64,000 nt of DNA, from positions 5,472,001-5,536,000 of the forward strand of contig OZ241917.1 in the NCBI GenBank assembly GCA_965203805.1, written 5' to 3'. This stretch comes from Candidatus Latescibacterota bacterium. GTDB lineage: Bacteria; Latescibacterota; UBA2968; GCA-2709665. Below, piece by piece: positions 25,043 to 35,513 of this stretch. How positions within the stretch are numbered: the first letter of the stretch is position 1; every line of letters begins with the position of its first letter. A program made the position numbers and the translations under genes. Below the pieces are notes generated by a model. That model had not been told where the DNA came from and did not search any database. It saw only the letters and a program-made list of their open reading frames with translations.

Positions 25043-27079
25043 CTAACTACCTGGCTGCGATCCAAAAGCATTCGAAAATATCACAAAATCTGAAAAGCCA
25101 ACCTCGCCGTCTTCGTCCAGGTCGAACGCGGGATCGAAGTCTTCGTCGGCCGAAGATCCGCCGAACGCTCTCGCAAATGCGATGAAATCCGGGAATGCGA
25201 CGGTCCCGTCGCGGTCAAAGTCTGGAATGGGCGTTTCACCTTGTACGACGGTTAAATGGCGAAAACCCTGAACCGTATAGCTATTTTCCCACCATTTCTG
25301 AGGATCAAATGGAATATAACTTACACTCACAATCAACCTGTAATCGCCGATTTCTTCTGGAGTAAATGAGATGTTTCTACTGAATCGCCCGTTTGAAACC
25401 TTCGCCTCAAGCCGTATTCTCCTTTCTTCGTTTTCAAACTCAAAATGGACCACTTCGGATAAGGACGAATCGGATACTGAGCCGCTGAGCCGCATAGCCT
25501 GACCCGTCCTGTACTGGAAAGGTAGCGGCGGGTCAAAGTAGACCCGGGGCCAATAGCCCCTCGGTATATCCATTCGTGGATGGTAATTTTTCGGTAGAGG
25601 GATGAATTGGACGCGGATTTTACCATTTGGATCGGTTTGAATGGATAGGATTGTCTGGTTTCGATTTCCAATTAAACGCACATACGTGGAGGAGAGCTGA
25701 AAAATTTCCCCCTTGACGGTGACAGACCCTGACGATTCTGGTCTGACGGCGGTATTACCGCGATCACTGTGCTCATACCCCCCATCCGGCCAGACAATGT
25801 GTTCTGCCGGAATAGGGAAGGCCCGACCTAAGGAAAGACTGTCTGCAAGAAGCGTCGTTGTATAATTAAGCCTAGTATTGAGTCCCAACCCACTCAAAAA
25901 CAGCCGCGAAACGTGCCGTTCGAAAATATCTGAGATTCGGTGTCCTGTTGCATTCTCGACGTTGGCAATTCCAACCTTTTCTGTTTGTGCTAGCCTTGCC
26001 AGAACACCCGTGCCGAACTCTTCAACGAGGCTACGCAGGAACAAATAGGCTGCGCCGCGTCTAGTGGAATTTGGTGGGGACCGGTTACCGATAGTCCCAC
26101 GTTCAGTTGACTTGAGGTACCTATCGACATTTCGGCGATTATGCTTATCATGTTCGCCGACTAGATCCTCAGCAACGTGCGACAACCCTTCATTCAGCCA
26201 GTGATGCTCTGCATTCCCGTTGCGAACGAGCGCGTGCTGATTGAAGTTGATGAGATGTTGAAATTCGTGGGCAAGTACGGCGTCCAACATCCCTGGATCG
26301 GTGTCAGGGTCGATATATAACAAATCGGACAGGTTCCCGTCGCCTCCCTGTTCCACAGAGAGCAACGAAGCAGCATTGAAGAACGCCGCCGCGCCGAAAA
26401 TGGAGTTGTCAGGGTTTACCTTGTTGGTATAGAGTATGTGGATCTTGCCGTCATTATCCACGTCCGATTCCTGACCAATCATGGAAGTGACAATAGGATA
26501 GGTTGTGTTGCTGAACCGGTCGATCTGCTCTTGGATCATCGATTTACTAATCCGGTGTACGTCGGATACGTCCACATAGGCATTTGCCCGCTCGCTGGTC
26601 GCTAAAAACGACGCTGTAATCGTGGTTTTTCGGACATCTCCGAAAGAGGGAAAGGCAAATTGGTGAGCGCTGCCAATTTGCTGCGGGACGATCTTCGCAG
26701 CGTGCGCACGATAGCCGCCCGAATCCTGAAGCCGGCGTGCGAGTTCCTGTTCCTGTTCGCGAACCTTGCTCTTAAGGTCGGTGCTGTTCGGGAGGGGAGC
26801 TAGCTGACTCGTTCCAGGAAGTCGGTCAATTATAGGACGGGAATCGCCAAAGGCTGCCGTTATCGAGAAGTTGAATGGGTGAGCCAGCCCAAAATCGCCG
26901 GATTCCGCGTCAGTTCGTGCGGAATAGAGGATCAACTCGTAGTCGCGGTCCGAAAAATCAAGCGTTACGGTCGTAGACCCTTCAGCGAGATCGACCCGGA
27001 AGGGTTTGCCGATTTCCTGTGCGTGAACAGGCTGCAAGCAGATCGATAATAAGGGCAAACAAAAGGTAAAGAGTCTCAT
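25043..27079 (-). CDS. Secreted zinc metalloprotease (M30-like) with C-terminal dockerin/EF-hand-like domain
   Basis: Signal peptide; DVDNDGKIHIL, AHEFQHLIN, WLNEGLS; PDFDRDGTVAFPDF...FDLDEDGEVGFSDF. Confidence 0.8.
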   Translation of the reverse strand: MRLFTFCLPLLSICLQPVHAQEIGKPFRVDLAEGSTTVTLDFSDRDYELILYSARTDAESGDFGLAHPFNFSITAAFGDSRPIIDRLPGTSQLAPLPNSTDLKSKVREQEQELARRLQDSGGYRAHAAKIVPQQIGSAHQFAFPSFGDVRKTTITASFLATSERANAYVDVSDVHRISKSMIQEQIDRFSNTTYPIVTSMIGQESDVDNDGKIHILYTNKVNPDNSIFGAAAFFNAASLLSVEQGGDGNLSDLLYIDPDTDPGMLDAVLAHEFQHLINFNQHALVRNGNAEHHWLNEGLSHVAEDLVGEHDKHNRRNVDRYLKSTERGTIGNRSPPNSTRRGAAYLFLRSLVEEFGTGVLARLAQTEKVGIANVENATGHRISDIFERHVSRLFLSGLGLNTRLNYTTTLLADSLSLGRAFPIPAEHIVWPDGGYEHSDRGNTAVRPESSGSVTVKGEIFQLSSTYVRLIGNRNQTILSIQTDPNGKIRVQFIPLPKNYHPRMDIPRGYWPRVYFDPPLPFQYRTGQAMRLSGSVSDSSLSEVVHFEFENEERRIRLEAKVSNGRFSRNISFTPEEIGDYRLIVSVSYIPFDPQKWWENSYTVQGFRHLTVVQGETPIPDFDRDGTVAFPDFIAFARAFGGSSADEDFDPAFDLDEDGEVGFSDFVIFSNAFGSQPGS

Positions 27080-27388
27080 ACAGGGGCCCTTTTCACATTT
27101 TGGATCGGATCGTGTGTGTCTCTCGCTGGAATTTCACAGTGTGCGTCACGAAAACTATAATGTATCTTAATGTGTAGTGTCAAGAGATTTCGGCTGAAAA
27201 GTGTAATGTTTATGAGATCATAGTCTGGACGTGTCCAATGCCTTGTGATTCGCATCGTTTGGTTTCAGGAAGTCTGGATGACGCAGGTTATACAACGGCC
27301 TCGAAGGATTCTCGCGGGTTCTGTTGGATAGGCCTCACGCTGATCGCTGCTCTTCCTCCTCCTTTCCCTCCGGGAGAGGTCGCCTAAC

Positions 27389-27628
27389 GGCGGGGAGACG
27401 TAAGACGTGAGCCGGTAGACGGTAGATGAGAGACCTTGTTACATTACGTTTTGCTATAAGGATAGTGCCGGAACGCCATATTGAAACGTGTGCGCCAGGG
27501 TCTTGAGTTTGACACAACGGCGTTTGCACTTAACCCGTGCCTGTTTCGTTGCCGTTATCGCAACGACAAGAAAAACCATATGGCACTCATATCATCTCCC
27601 CTCTCCCGTTTTACGTCTACCCGCCTTT
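27389..27628. repeat. Heptamer-armed intergenic repeat, copy C
   Basis: Five heptamers in left arm, inverted right arm; 27514-27589 matches 16418-16493 (60/76 ungapped). Confidence 0.85.
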
Positions 27629-27640
27629 TGCCGTTTGCGC

Positions 27641-27668
27641 TTGACAAAGCCGGGCGCCGGCGTATATT
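27641..27668 (+). promoter_or_regulatory. Candidate sigma70 promoter facing the defence genes
   Basis: TTGACA-N16-TATATT immediately after repeat copy C. Confidence 0.5.
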
Positions 27669-28023
27669 GTTTTTTGCTGCTTGGTCCCTGGCAACACGGG
27701 GCCATTTTTGTACGTGGTCAGGATATGATGGGTAATGGGCCGCCAGGAATGCAACGGGGGGAATGTGCCGGTCACTCCGTTCCGTCGGCCCTACCAGCCG
27801 ATTCTTTAGAGTCTCCATATGCGCGTGTACAAAAACCCAACGAAGCCATAGATTACGCGCTCGCCTGCAAGAATTAGCTTTGGCGCCCCATGATTCATTA
27901 GGATACAGCCGCGTTTGAGCGGGTTACGATGCTGTACAATATTCAATCGAATTCCAATCCGTAAATATAGGAATTTGGCCGCAAATTCAACGTAAAACGA
28001 GAATCCAAGACGATCAGGACGCT

Positions 28024-29742
28024 ATGGAATATAGCTCGATACGAGTCAGCGACATCGTCAAATACGTTAACCGTGATTGGTATCTTCCTGCGATTCAGCG
28101 CGAATTTGTGTGGAATAAGGATCGAGTTGAACGTCTTTTCGACTCCATCATGTCAGATTTTCCAATTGGATCATTCTTGTTTTGGCGCTTAGAAGAAAAA
28201 AACAAGAATCAATGGCCAATCTATAAGTTCATTCAGGAATACGATGAAGAGAGGCCACATAACGAGCTGGCTAACATGTACGGAATAAGAAAGGATATAA
28301 CGCTTGTTCTCGATGGCCAACAGAGAATCACATCTTTGTTGATAGGGCTGCAAGGCTCATTTCGATACTTTTACTACCGGTGGAGAAAGGCGAATCTATA
28401 TCTCAACCTATTGAAGGCAGCAGTTCCAGACGATGGCAATCCCGAGGAACTAACCTATCAGTTTTCATTCCGTGAGAATGACGTGGCGTCATCGTCTCAG
28501 GAGCAACTTTGGTATCCAGTTGGTCGCGTTTTGGATTTTCCGGATGCAGAGGATGCCAAAGCTGACTTGGAGGACCAATTATTAGAACTGCCTGAAGAAA
28601 AACGAAAAAATGCCAATCGGCTCGTTGGGAAATTGCATAATCGCATCCACACGATGTCGGTTGGTAATTATTACGAAGAAAAATCGCAAGACTACGACAA
28701 AGTTTTGCAAATTTTCGTCCGGGCGAATTCTGCCGGACAGCCCTTGTCTTACTCTGATTTGCTATTGTCGACAGCGACAGCGCAATGGAAGTCGGTGGAT
28801 GCACGCAGGGAGATTCACGAATTCACAGATCGTCTCAATGAAACGGGCAACGGCTACAAATTCGAGAAGGATTTCGTTTTAAAGGCTTGTCTTTATCTTT
28901 GCGAGTCTCTACCTATTCAATACAAGGTCAAGAATTTTTCGAAACCCAACCTACTGACCATAGAATCTAAATGGGACGCCATACAAATGGCACTTGCCAC
29001 CACGGTGCGTTTGATTTCTCGTTTCGGTTTCCACTCCAGAAACGTCGTCGCGCCACTAGCTCTTCTCCCCATCGCTTTTTTCCTCCTAAAGCGGGGCAAT
29101 CCGAACTTCGACAAATCTTCAGAAAAAGAGGACGCCGAGTCTCAAGTTGCAATTCGCAAATGGTTTGTGTTTTCCACGCTCAAGAACGCGTTCGGCGGCT
29201 CCTCAGACACGACCTTGAGACGTCTTCGAGAAATATTGAAGAGACGCGGTTCCGACGAGCAGTTTCCCGCGGAAAAACTGTATCTGTCTCTTGATATCAA
29301 GCCCTCGTTGAGCGATGACGAGATAGATCGGATCTTGGATTTCAAGTATCACGAGCGCTACACGAATTTGGTGCTGTCATTGTTGTATCCTGACAGAGAT
29401 TGGAAAGACGCCGTGTTCCACGAGGACCACATATTTCCAAAGTCTGAATTCAAGGCCTCTTCGCTAAAAAAAAGAGGCTACGAGTCGACCACCATCGATC
29501 AGTACATATTAAATTTCAACACACTCCGAAATCTTCAGCTTCTTACCGATTCGGAGAATTTAGCCAAGAGTGCGAGACCTTTCGACGAATGGCTAAGGAC
29601 GCGTGACGCCAGATTTCGCTCTCGCCATCTCATTCCCGACCTTCCAGACTATGGCATTGATCATTTTGATGAATTCTCGAAGGCGCGACGAGGGCTGATC
29701 GTCAAGGCGTTAAAGGGGCTATCCTCACTATACCAGATATAA
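28024..29742 (+). CDS. DUF262 (GmrS/ParB-like) + C-terminal HNH protein, GmrSD-like
   Basis: LPAIQREFVW, FPIGSFLFW, LDGQQRIT, IFVRANS; C-terminal HEDHIFP...NLQLL...N..K. Confidence 0.88.
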   Translation: MEYSSIRVSDIVKYVNRDWYLPAIQREFVWNKDRVERLFDSIMSDFPIGSFLFWRLEEKNKNQWPIYKFIQEYDEERPHNELANMYGIRKDITLVLDGQQRITSLLIGLQGSFRYFYYRWRKANLYLNLLKAAVPDDGNPEELTYQFSFRENDVASSSQEQLWYPVGRVLDFPDAEDAKADLEDQLLELPEEKRKNANRLVGKLHNRIHTMSVGNYYEEKSQDYDKVLQIFVRANSAGQPLSYSDLLLSTATAQWKSVDARREIHEFTDRLNETGNGYKFEKDFVLKACLYLCESLPIQYKVKNFSKPNLLTIESKWDAIQMALATTVRLISRFGFHSRNVVAPLALLPIAFFLLKRGNPNFDKSSEKEDAESQVAIRKWFVFSTLKNAFGGSSDTTLRRLREILKRRGSDEQFPAEKLYLSLDIKPSLSDDEIDRILDFKYHERYTNLVLSLLYPDRDWKDAVFHEDHIFPKSEFKASSLKKRGYESTTIDQYILNFNTLRNLQLLTDSENLAKSARPFDEWLRTRDARFRSRHLIPDLPDYGIDHFDEFSKARRGLIVKALKGLSSLYQI

Positions 29743-30150
29743 TGCCGAATAGGTCGATTTTTTGACCACCTGAATGGATTTGGGAAGTATGGTCGTTCTA
29801 AGGGGCTTCGCTGGCAACGGCCCGGGGAGAATCCGTCCTGTGCGGACCGCCAATATCAAGAACAGCAAAGAACCTTACGATGAACTTGGTCGGTTATATA
29901 CAAGAAGGGATGCACTACATTTGGTGGGTGAGCACCTCTTCGATTACTGTCCACTTGGCGCGGGCCAACGAGGCGTGTGCTGGTTTTTCAAGTACTCGAA
30001 GTCACACCCAGCTTAAGATTCGCAATTCTTCAGTTGGGCACTCAAGCGCTTGGTCGTTGGCCGTGTCAGGATGTTCGCGAAATTCGTTGCATGCTATTAC
30101 CGAAGGTACAACAGAAACCCTGACTTCATATAGAGCAGGAGAGGCAGACA

Positions 30151-32217
30151 ATGGGTATAATCCTCAACGACTCACAGATGTCGTTTTGCAATTCCAAAGC
30201 GTTATGCATTCGACTATTGGCCCCAGCCGGTTGTGGCAAGACTGAATCGCTACTCTATCGATGCCTGCATCTATTGCGCCGGGCTCGCAAATCCTCGCCG
30301 CGGTTCCTAATCGTGACATTCACGAAGACTGCCACCGCCGAGCTTGTCGACAGGATTAGCTGCGATCACGAATTCGAGGGATTGCGAGGACGTACCAACG
30401 TCACGACATTGAACGCGTACGGGTGGCGGCGGATTCGAAGCAGCGTGACCAGCCCTCGGCTGCTCAGCACACCAAATGACCGCTACTTCGCATTACGCAA
30501 CCAACTCCATCCCGTCTGGCAAGGGAATCCACACGTTGAAGAGGTCGTTAGCAAGCGGGGCAGCGCACCACGTACATTGATGCAGGCCATGGACAATCTC
30601 AAGTCGATAGGGTTCGACCACAAAACACACACAAACTTTGAACTCTTCGACCAGCATATGGATGCGTTGGAGTCACAGCGACTCGGATGGCATGTCGTGG
30701 AGCAATATCAACTCTTGGCATCAATCGGCGTCCTCAACGGGCTTGCTTCGTCCCGATCGGACCGGAAGAGGTCGAGGCGGCAGTTTTACGACCGTTTCTT
30801 CAAGTTTTGGCGAGCCGCGACGAAACGCCTACTCGAGGAGTCGACCTTTACGTTCGAAGACCAAAAGTATTGGTGTTATCTTGATCTGGCCGAGACAAAT
30901 GCCGACGAAGCTGCCCAAGTTCTTGCGGGGGCGACGCGATACGACCACATTCTCGTGGACGAATTCCAAGACATCAACCCCTTGGATTTGGCACTGATCA
31001 GAGAGCTGATTGAACGGAACCGCGCCACGATTACCATCGTGGGGGACGACGACCAAGCGATATTCGAATGGCGCGGTGCTACGCCCGAATATATCCTGTA
31101 CCCCGACCAATACTTCGGCACGGACTTTAGGGACTTCCAACTTGACATCAACTATCGATCCCCTAGAAACATCGTCGACCTCTCTCGGAACCTAATTGGC
31201 CACAATGAAAACCGCGTCGACAAGAAAGTCAGAGCCAAAAATCGCTCGGTCAAGGCCGAGATTGAAGTCGTTCAGTCCGATGACATCAATGACCGTCTCA
31301 AACTAGTGACTCAAATCGTCAACGATACGGAGTCTCCAGGAAAGGTGGCGGTGATCGGACGTCTGCGGAAACAACTCATCCCCTACCAGGTCTACTTTGC
31401 AGGTGACGGAGCGCCGTTCAGCACCGCGGTCGACCTCGATGTCTTTAGCGGCGCCGCGTTCGACGGCTTGGTGAAGCTTCTCGATATCTGGTCGAGAAAC
31501 GACAGACGCCAAGCAAGAAGCAAGGTCGTCCAAGATGTTCTGTCAGTGTGCGATCTAATCCGTCGGCGACCTCTAGGTAATACTGACCGACGCAACCTGA
31601 CCAAGTACCTAACACGAACTCGTCCGGACAACATCGCTAATGGCGCTGACGCATTGAAAGACTACAGCGGTCCGAGGCTAAGCGGCAGAACACATCTGGA
31701 ACTCCATCACGCAGCTGGGAGTTTCCTCGCGGCGGCCGATGCCCCAAAGGCGCTACGGGTAATTGATGAGGAGTTCGCGGGGTTGTGGTTTGACACCGAG
31801 AAAGCAGAGGAGGACGTGTTCTATACCGATCCGCCCCTCGAACAGTTGGCGTCGATTGCTGAGAGTGAACGACTAGATGCAGACGACCTTGTTGAGAGGA
31901 TCGAATCGGTGAAGCAGCAAGTTCAGGACTACCGCGACTTTGACTTAGCCGATGACGAGAGCGACATCGACGTACTTCGTCGTCCTTTGCACCTAATGAC
32001 GGCAACCAGAGCAAAAGGAAAAGAATTCGACACTGTCATTCTGCTCGACACGGTTCAAGGCATCTGGCCGCATAACAGGGCAGTAGACGCACGAGAGTTG
32101 GAGGCGGAACGCCGGCTCTTCTACGTTGCCTTCACTCGTGCCATGAATCGGGTCCTGCTGCTATGCAGCACCGATTCGGGGATCAGAAGCCAGTTCATCG
32201 ACGAATTGGGCATTTAA
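30151..32217 (+). CDS. UvrD/Rep-family SF1 helicase
   Basis: APAGCGKT, VDEFQD, VGDDDQAIFEWRGA, NYRS, KGKEFD, ERRLFYVAFTRA. Confidence 0.92.
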   Translation: MGIILNDSQMSFCNSKALCIRLLAPAGCGKTESLLYRCLHLLRRARKSSPRFLIVTFTKTATAELVDRISCDHEFEGLRGRTNVTTLNAYGWRRIRSSVTSPRLLSTPNDRYFALRNQLHPVWQGNPHVEEVVSKRGSAPRTLMQAMDNLKSIGFDHKTHTNFELFDQHMDALESQRLGWHVVEQYQLLASIGVLNGLASSRSDRKRSRRQFYDRFFKFWRAATKRLLEESTFTFEDQKYWCYLDLAETNADEAAQVLAGATRYDHILVDEFQDINPLDLALIRELIERNRATITIVGDDDQAIFEWRGATPEYILYPDQYFGTDFRDFQLDINYRSPRNIVDLSRNLIGHNENRVDKKVRAKNRSVKAEIEVVQSDDINDRLKLVTQIVNDTESPGKVAVIGRLRKQLIPYQVYFAGDGAPFSTAVDLDVFSGAAFDGLVKLLDIWSRNDRRQARSKVVQDVLSVCDLIRRRPLGNTDRRNLTKYLTRTRPDNIANGADALKDYSGPRLSGRTHLELHHAAGSFLAAADAPKALRVIDEEFAGLWFDTEKAEEDVFYTDPPLEQLASIAESERLDADDLVERIESVKQQVQDYRDFDLADDESDIDVLRRPLHLMTATRAKGKEFDTVILLDTVQGIWPHNRAVDARELEAERRLFYVAFTRAMNRVLLLCSTDSGIRSQFIDELGI

Positions 32218-32659
32218 AGTGCAGGCGGGCAACGCTTTATTGTACTCCGTCCATCTTCCCAAATGTTGTAACGCACTTTATTGCGTCAGCACTTCCTAGA
32301 TTGCACTTTTCGGATTACTCACTACGCTCCAATGTCGTGGGATGTTATGGAATGCGCCATGCGTTACGCCTTAATCGAGCAATTCAAGAGGAAATAAAAA
32401 GAAAAGCAACACCCGTTACACAATCCACCCAACCGACAGTTGGACTTCGCATGTCCAGAGTCAGGATAAAGGGTGGAGTCCTTGCGTGCAGGCGGTGATC
32501 TAATACGGCCCTAAGTTCAATGCAGGAAACCTCCTCAAGGGTAACCGGGACCGTCTTGGTCTACTTGCTGATTTACGTAACCACGGACGTATTGTCGGGT
32601 AGACGACAGTTAGACGCGAAATTGCAATTTCAGAACTGCCAGTCTCGATGGGGGATTTG

Positions 32660-32899
32660 ATGGCATCCAGAGATCATTTTGCGATGGATATGACCTGTCC
32701 AGCATGTCTACGGCAAGGAAAGGCTGGAGTCTCGGAGGACGATTACCCGTTTATGAAGCCACACTCCGGGTTTTCAATTGACCGAGTTTCCGATGGCTTT
32801 ACCGTAGTCTGTCGTTCGGATTTTGAGAGGGCAACAGTGAGCTGTGAATGCGGGTGTGTTTTTGAACTTCAACATACGAGCCCAGCCGTCTTTGCTTAG
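32660..32899 (+). CDS. Small putative zinc-ribbon protein
   Basis: CPAC and CECG pairs; GGGGA RBS before ATG 32660. Confidence 0.45.
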   Translation: MASRDHFAMDMTCPACLRQGKAGVSEDDYPFMKPHSGFSIDRVSDGFTVVCRSDFERATVSCECGCVFELQHTSPAVFA

Positions 32900-33003
32900 C
32901 CGAAACCAAAAAGATCGTGGACAACGCTATGTCCGCGAAGTTTTTGGCAATGATCAATAGCGTACATCTATTGTGCTGTAAATTGCGCAACGAAGTGGGC
33001 ATA

Positions 33004-33921
33004 CTAGAGCGCATGTGTGAGTAGCAGTCTGTCTGCCACGACCTCGCGTTCCAGGGTTTGTCCGCGCATTTGGAACCGTCTAAGCATTGAACGGCCGCAA
33101 TTTATCCGTACCTCCTTTTCAAATACGCCGTCAGGCACCGAATAGTTACAATCTTGGTTGCCAGATTTTTTGGTGCCGTCTAGACTAAGGGCTACGAACA
33201 CGCCGCGGTCTTTTGCTCGCCGTATAACGTGAAACAAGTGTTCTTGACTGAAAGATTGCGCGCCATATAGTATGGCTTGGCTATATGAGTATGGTGGGTC
33301 ACAATACACGACATCACCCTTACGAGTTTTTTCGATAGAATCTTCATATTCCCTATGAAAAAACTGCGTACCTTTAACACGTCTCGTCCATTCGTCAACC
33401 CGACGTCCGAAGGTACCATAGTGGATAGGTTTGTGTACTCCACAGGGAGTGGACATATATCCATCGCGTTGTCTGAATCTCATCACTCCGCCATATGCAG
33501 AACGGCTTAGAAAGAGAAGATCGCCTGGATTAGCATTGTGATTATACCGAGCTTTTATCTTCTCGTACTGGACAGTTTTTTCACCTCGTTGGGCTTCTTT
33601 CCAACGCTCGCGGTACCACTGCTTAAGCGTTTCAGGATCGTCCTTTAGAGTTTGCCAGATTTCAACAAGTGGCTTAAAGCAGTCCGAGGCCTCTGCCTTG
33701 CGTGGTGCAAGTACTGCCAGCACACCGCCAGATCCCAAAAAAGGTTCGTGATACGTACCAAATCTTCGTGGAAAATGTGAGATGATTTCATGTGCGAACC
33801 TTTGTTTATTCCCAATCCACTTGAGAAGCTGGGACTTGTATGGCTCAATTCCTAGTGTTGAATTGAAATGGGCGGAATCCTCATCGTCAATTTGGCCAGC
33901 AAGATTAAGTCCTAATTGCAT
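33004..33921 (-). CDS. Dam/D12-class N6-adenine DNA methyltransferase
   Basis: LLKWIGNK, EPFLGSGGV (motif I), YCDPPY (motif IV). Confidence 0.92.
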   Translation of the reverse strand: MQLGLNLAGQIDDEDSAHFNSTLGIEPYKSQLLKWIGNKQRFAHEIISHFPRRFGTYHEPFLGSGGVLAVLAPRKAEASDCFKPLVEIWQTLKDDPETLKQWYRERWKEAQRGEKTVQYEKIKARYNHNANPGDLLFLSRSAYGGVMRFRQRDGYMSTPCGVHKPIHYGTFGRRVDEWTRRVKGTQFFHREYEDSIEKTRKGDVVYCDPPYSYSQAILYGAQSFSQEHLFHVIRRAKDRGVFVALSLDGTKKSGNQDCNYSVPDGVFEKEVRINCGRSMLRRFQMRGQTLEREVVADRLLLTHAL

Positions 33922-34017
33922 CGGTTCCTCCTTCGTCTTGATCGATTGATCATAAAATACACGATTTTGGGATATTCCGCAAGGAAAAAACCCTTGCTTT
34001 CAAGACGGTTGGATGTC

Positions 34018-34281
34018 ATGGCAAATCTCATTACAAGATCGCGAAGGGTCCTGCTGGGGCTCCTAAGAGATACTAGAGTTGAGGCGGGCTTTCGGCAAAT
34101 CGACTTGGCAAGATGCCTGAATATACCGCAATCCCGAGTAAGCAAATACGAAGTCGGAGAACGTCGACTCGATCTCTTGGAACTTCGGGAGATCTGTACT
34201 GCACTTGGAAAGCCATTAGGAGAGTTTGTGCTAGAACTTGAGAGTCGAATCCGAGCAGAGAACAATGAAACCGACAGCTAG
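34018..34281 (+). CDS. XRE-family HTH controller (C) protein
   Basis: R.EAGFRQIDLA...PQSRVSKYEVGERRLDLLEL; overlaps the start of the next gene. Confidence 0.85.
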   Translation: MANLITRSRRVLLGLLRDTRVEAGFRQIDLARCLNIPQSRVSKYEVGERRLDLLELREICTALGKPLGEFVLELESRIRAENNETDS

Positions 34282-35143
34282 ATTTATGCGGAAGCCCAAG
34301 TCATTCTGGGCAGCTGTGAGATCCTTGAGCCAACAGGTAGGTTACAGTTTCGCGGGGTCCGTAATTGTTCCGACATTGGACGAAATGTGGACGGCCTTTT
34401 CGAAAATTAAACTTGAGTCGTCTCATTTGATGGTGAATGGAGAACCGACCAAATTTGCCACAGACCTGTTAGATTACTTTAAGGAACGGGCACGAGTTCT
34501 CAATTGTGAGGTCGAACCGAGTTTAATGAACGTGCATGAAGCAAAAGCCCTGTTCGAGCAACTTCGCGACGAATTCACTCCGAATTGTCCAATCCCGATG
34601 AACAAACAAAAGGGCGACAAGAGAGCGGAGGCGTATTTAACAGGCATCGTGAATATGATGATTGAGAGGTACTCTGAGGGACTGCCTTGCGACTACGATC
34701 CACGGGAGCTTACTACATTTACTTACAAAGGTGCGCCGCTGAGGACTCTGGCACGCAGAGTAGATGGAGCTTTTCCTTCTGCGAAAAACCCGATAGCTCT
34801 TTGGGAGATAAAGGAATACTATTATACTACTACATTTGGCAGCCGGGTGGCCGATGGCGTTTATGAAACACTGCTTGATGGGATGGAGATTGAGGAACTG
34901 CGGGAACACGAGGGCGTAGATGTGAAGCACTATCTGATGGTTGATGCGTACTATACTTGGTGGGAATGCGGCAAGGCCTATCTATGCAGGATGTTTGACA
35001 TGCTTCATATGGGATACGTGGATGAGATATTGTTCGGAAAACAGGTGGTTCACGAAATGCCCCGGATTGTTCGGGAGTGGGTAGATGCCTATAATAGGCG
35101 GCTATTGCAGGATCTGCGTGATAATACCGTTTCAAACTCCTGA
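34265..35143 (+). CDS. Putative type II restriction endonuclease (PD-(D/E)xK)
   Basis: RRVDGAFP...LWEIKEYY motif; C-R operon divergent from an MTase. Confidence 0.7.
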   Translation: MKPTARFMRKPKSFWAAVRSLSQQVGYSFAGSVIVPTLDEMWTAFSKIKLESSHLMVNGEPTKFATDLLDYFKERARVLNCEVEPSLMNVHEAKALFEQLRDEFTPNCPIPMNKQKGDKRAEAYLTGIVNMMIERYSEGLPCDYDPRELTTFTYKGAPLRTLARRVDGAFPSAKNPIALWEIKEYYYTTTFGSRVADGVYETLLDGMEIEELREHEGVDVKHYLMVDAYYTWWECGKAYLCRMFDMLHMGYVDEILFGKQVVHEMPRIVREWVDAYNRRLLQDLRDNTVSNS

Positions 35144-35513
35144 GATCGGAATTCTTCGATCAGTGGGGCAGTTCGTGAGAGTTGTGTTCGACATCTACTT
35201 GAACGGTACCACCGTCTAACGCTAGCCTGCTTCGGTGTGCGATTTTGTTCCATTTGAGTCAAGTTTTCTGCTGAGAGCGCTCATCGGGGGCCTGTTTTAT
35301 GTACGCCACGACGGCTATGCGACAACACGTCTTGGCGCACTGAGGCGAAGCCTCGTTTGAAGCTTTGCGGTTACGTGGTCCTTGATGAATGGCTCCCAGA
35401 CCGCCAATGCGAGAACCTTGGGCGTTCGCACGCGTACAGGAAGTTCCAGTATTTCACCGATACGATGTGTCGAATGACACCTATCACGTTTGTATCCGGA
35501 ATGGCATATCAAC

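Noticed and set aside
27335-27877. Small ORFs overlapping repeat copy C (likewise at copies B and D)
   Set aside because: Translations merely reflect the heptamer repeats, and frames are not conserved between copies.
29774-30245. Short ORFs between the DUF262 gene and the helicase
   Set aside because: No motifs or clear RBS; one overlaps the helicase start in another frame.
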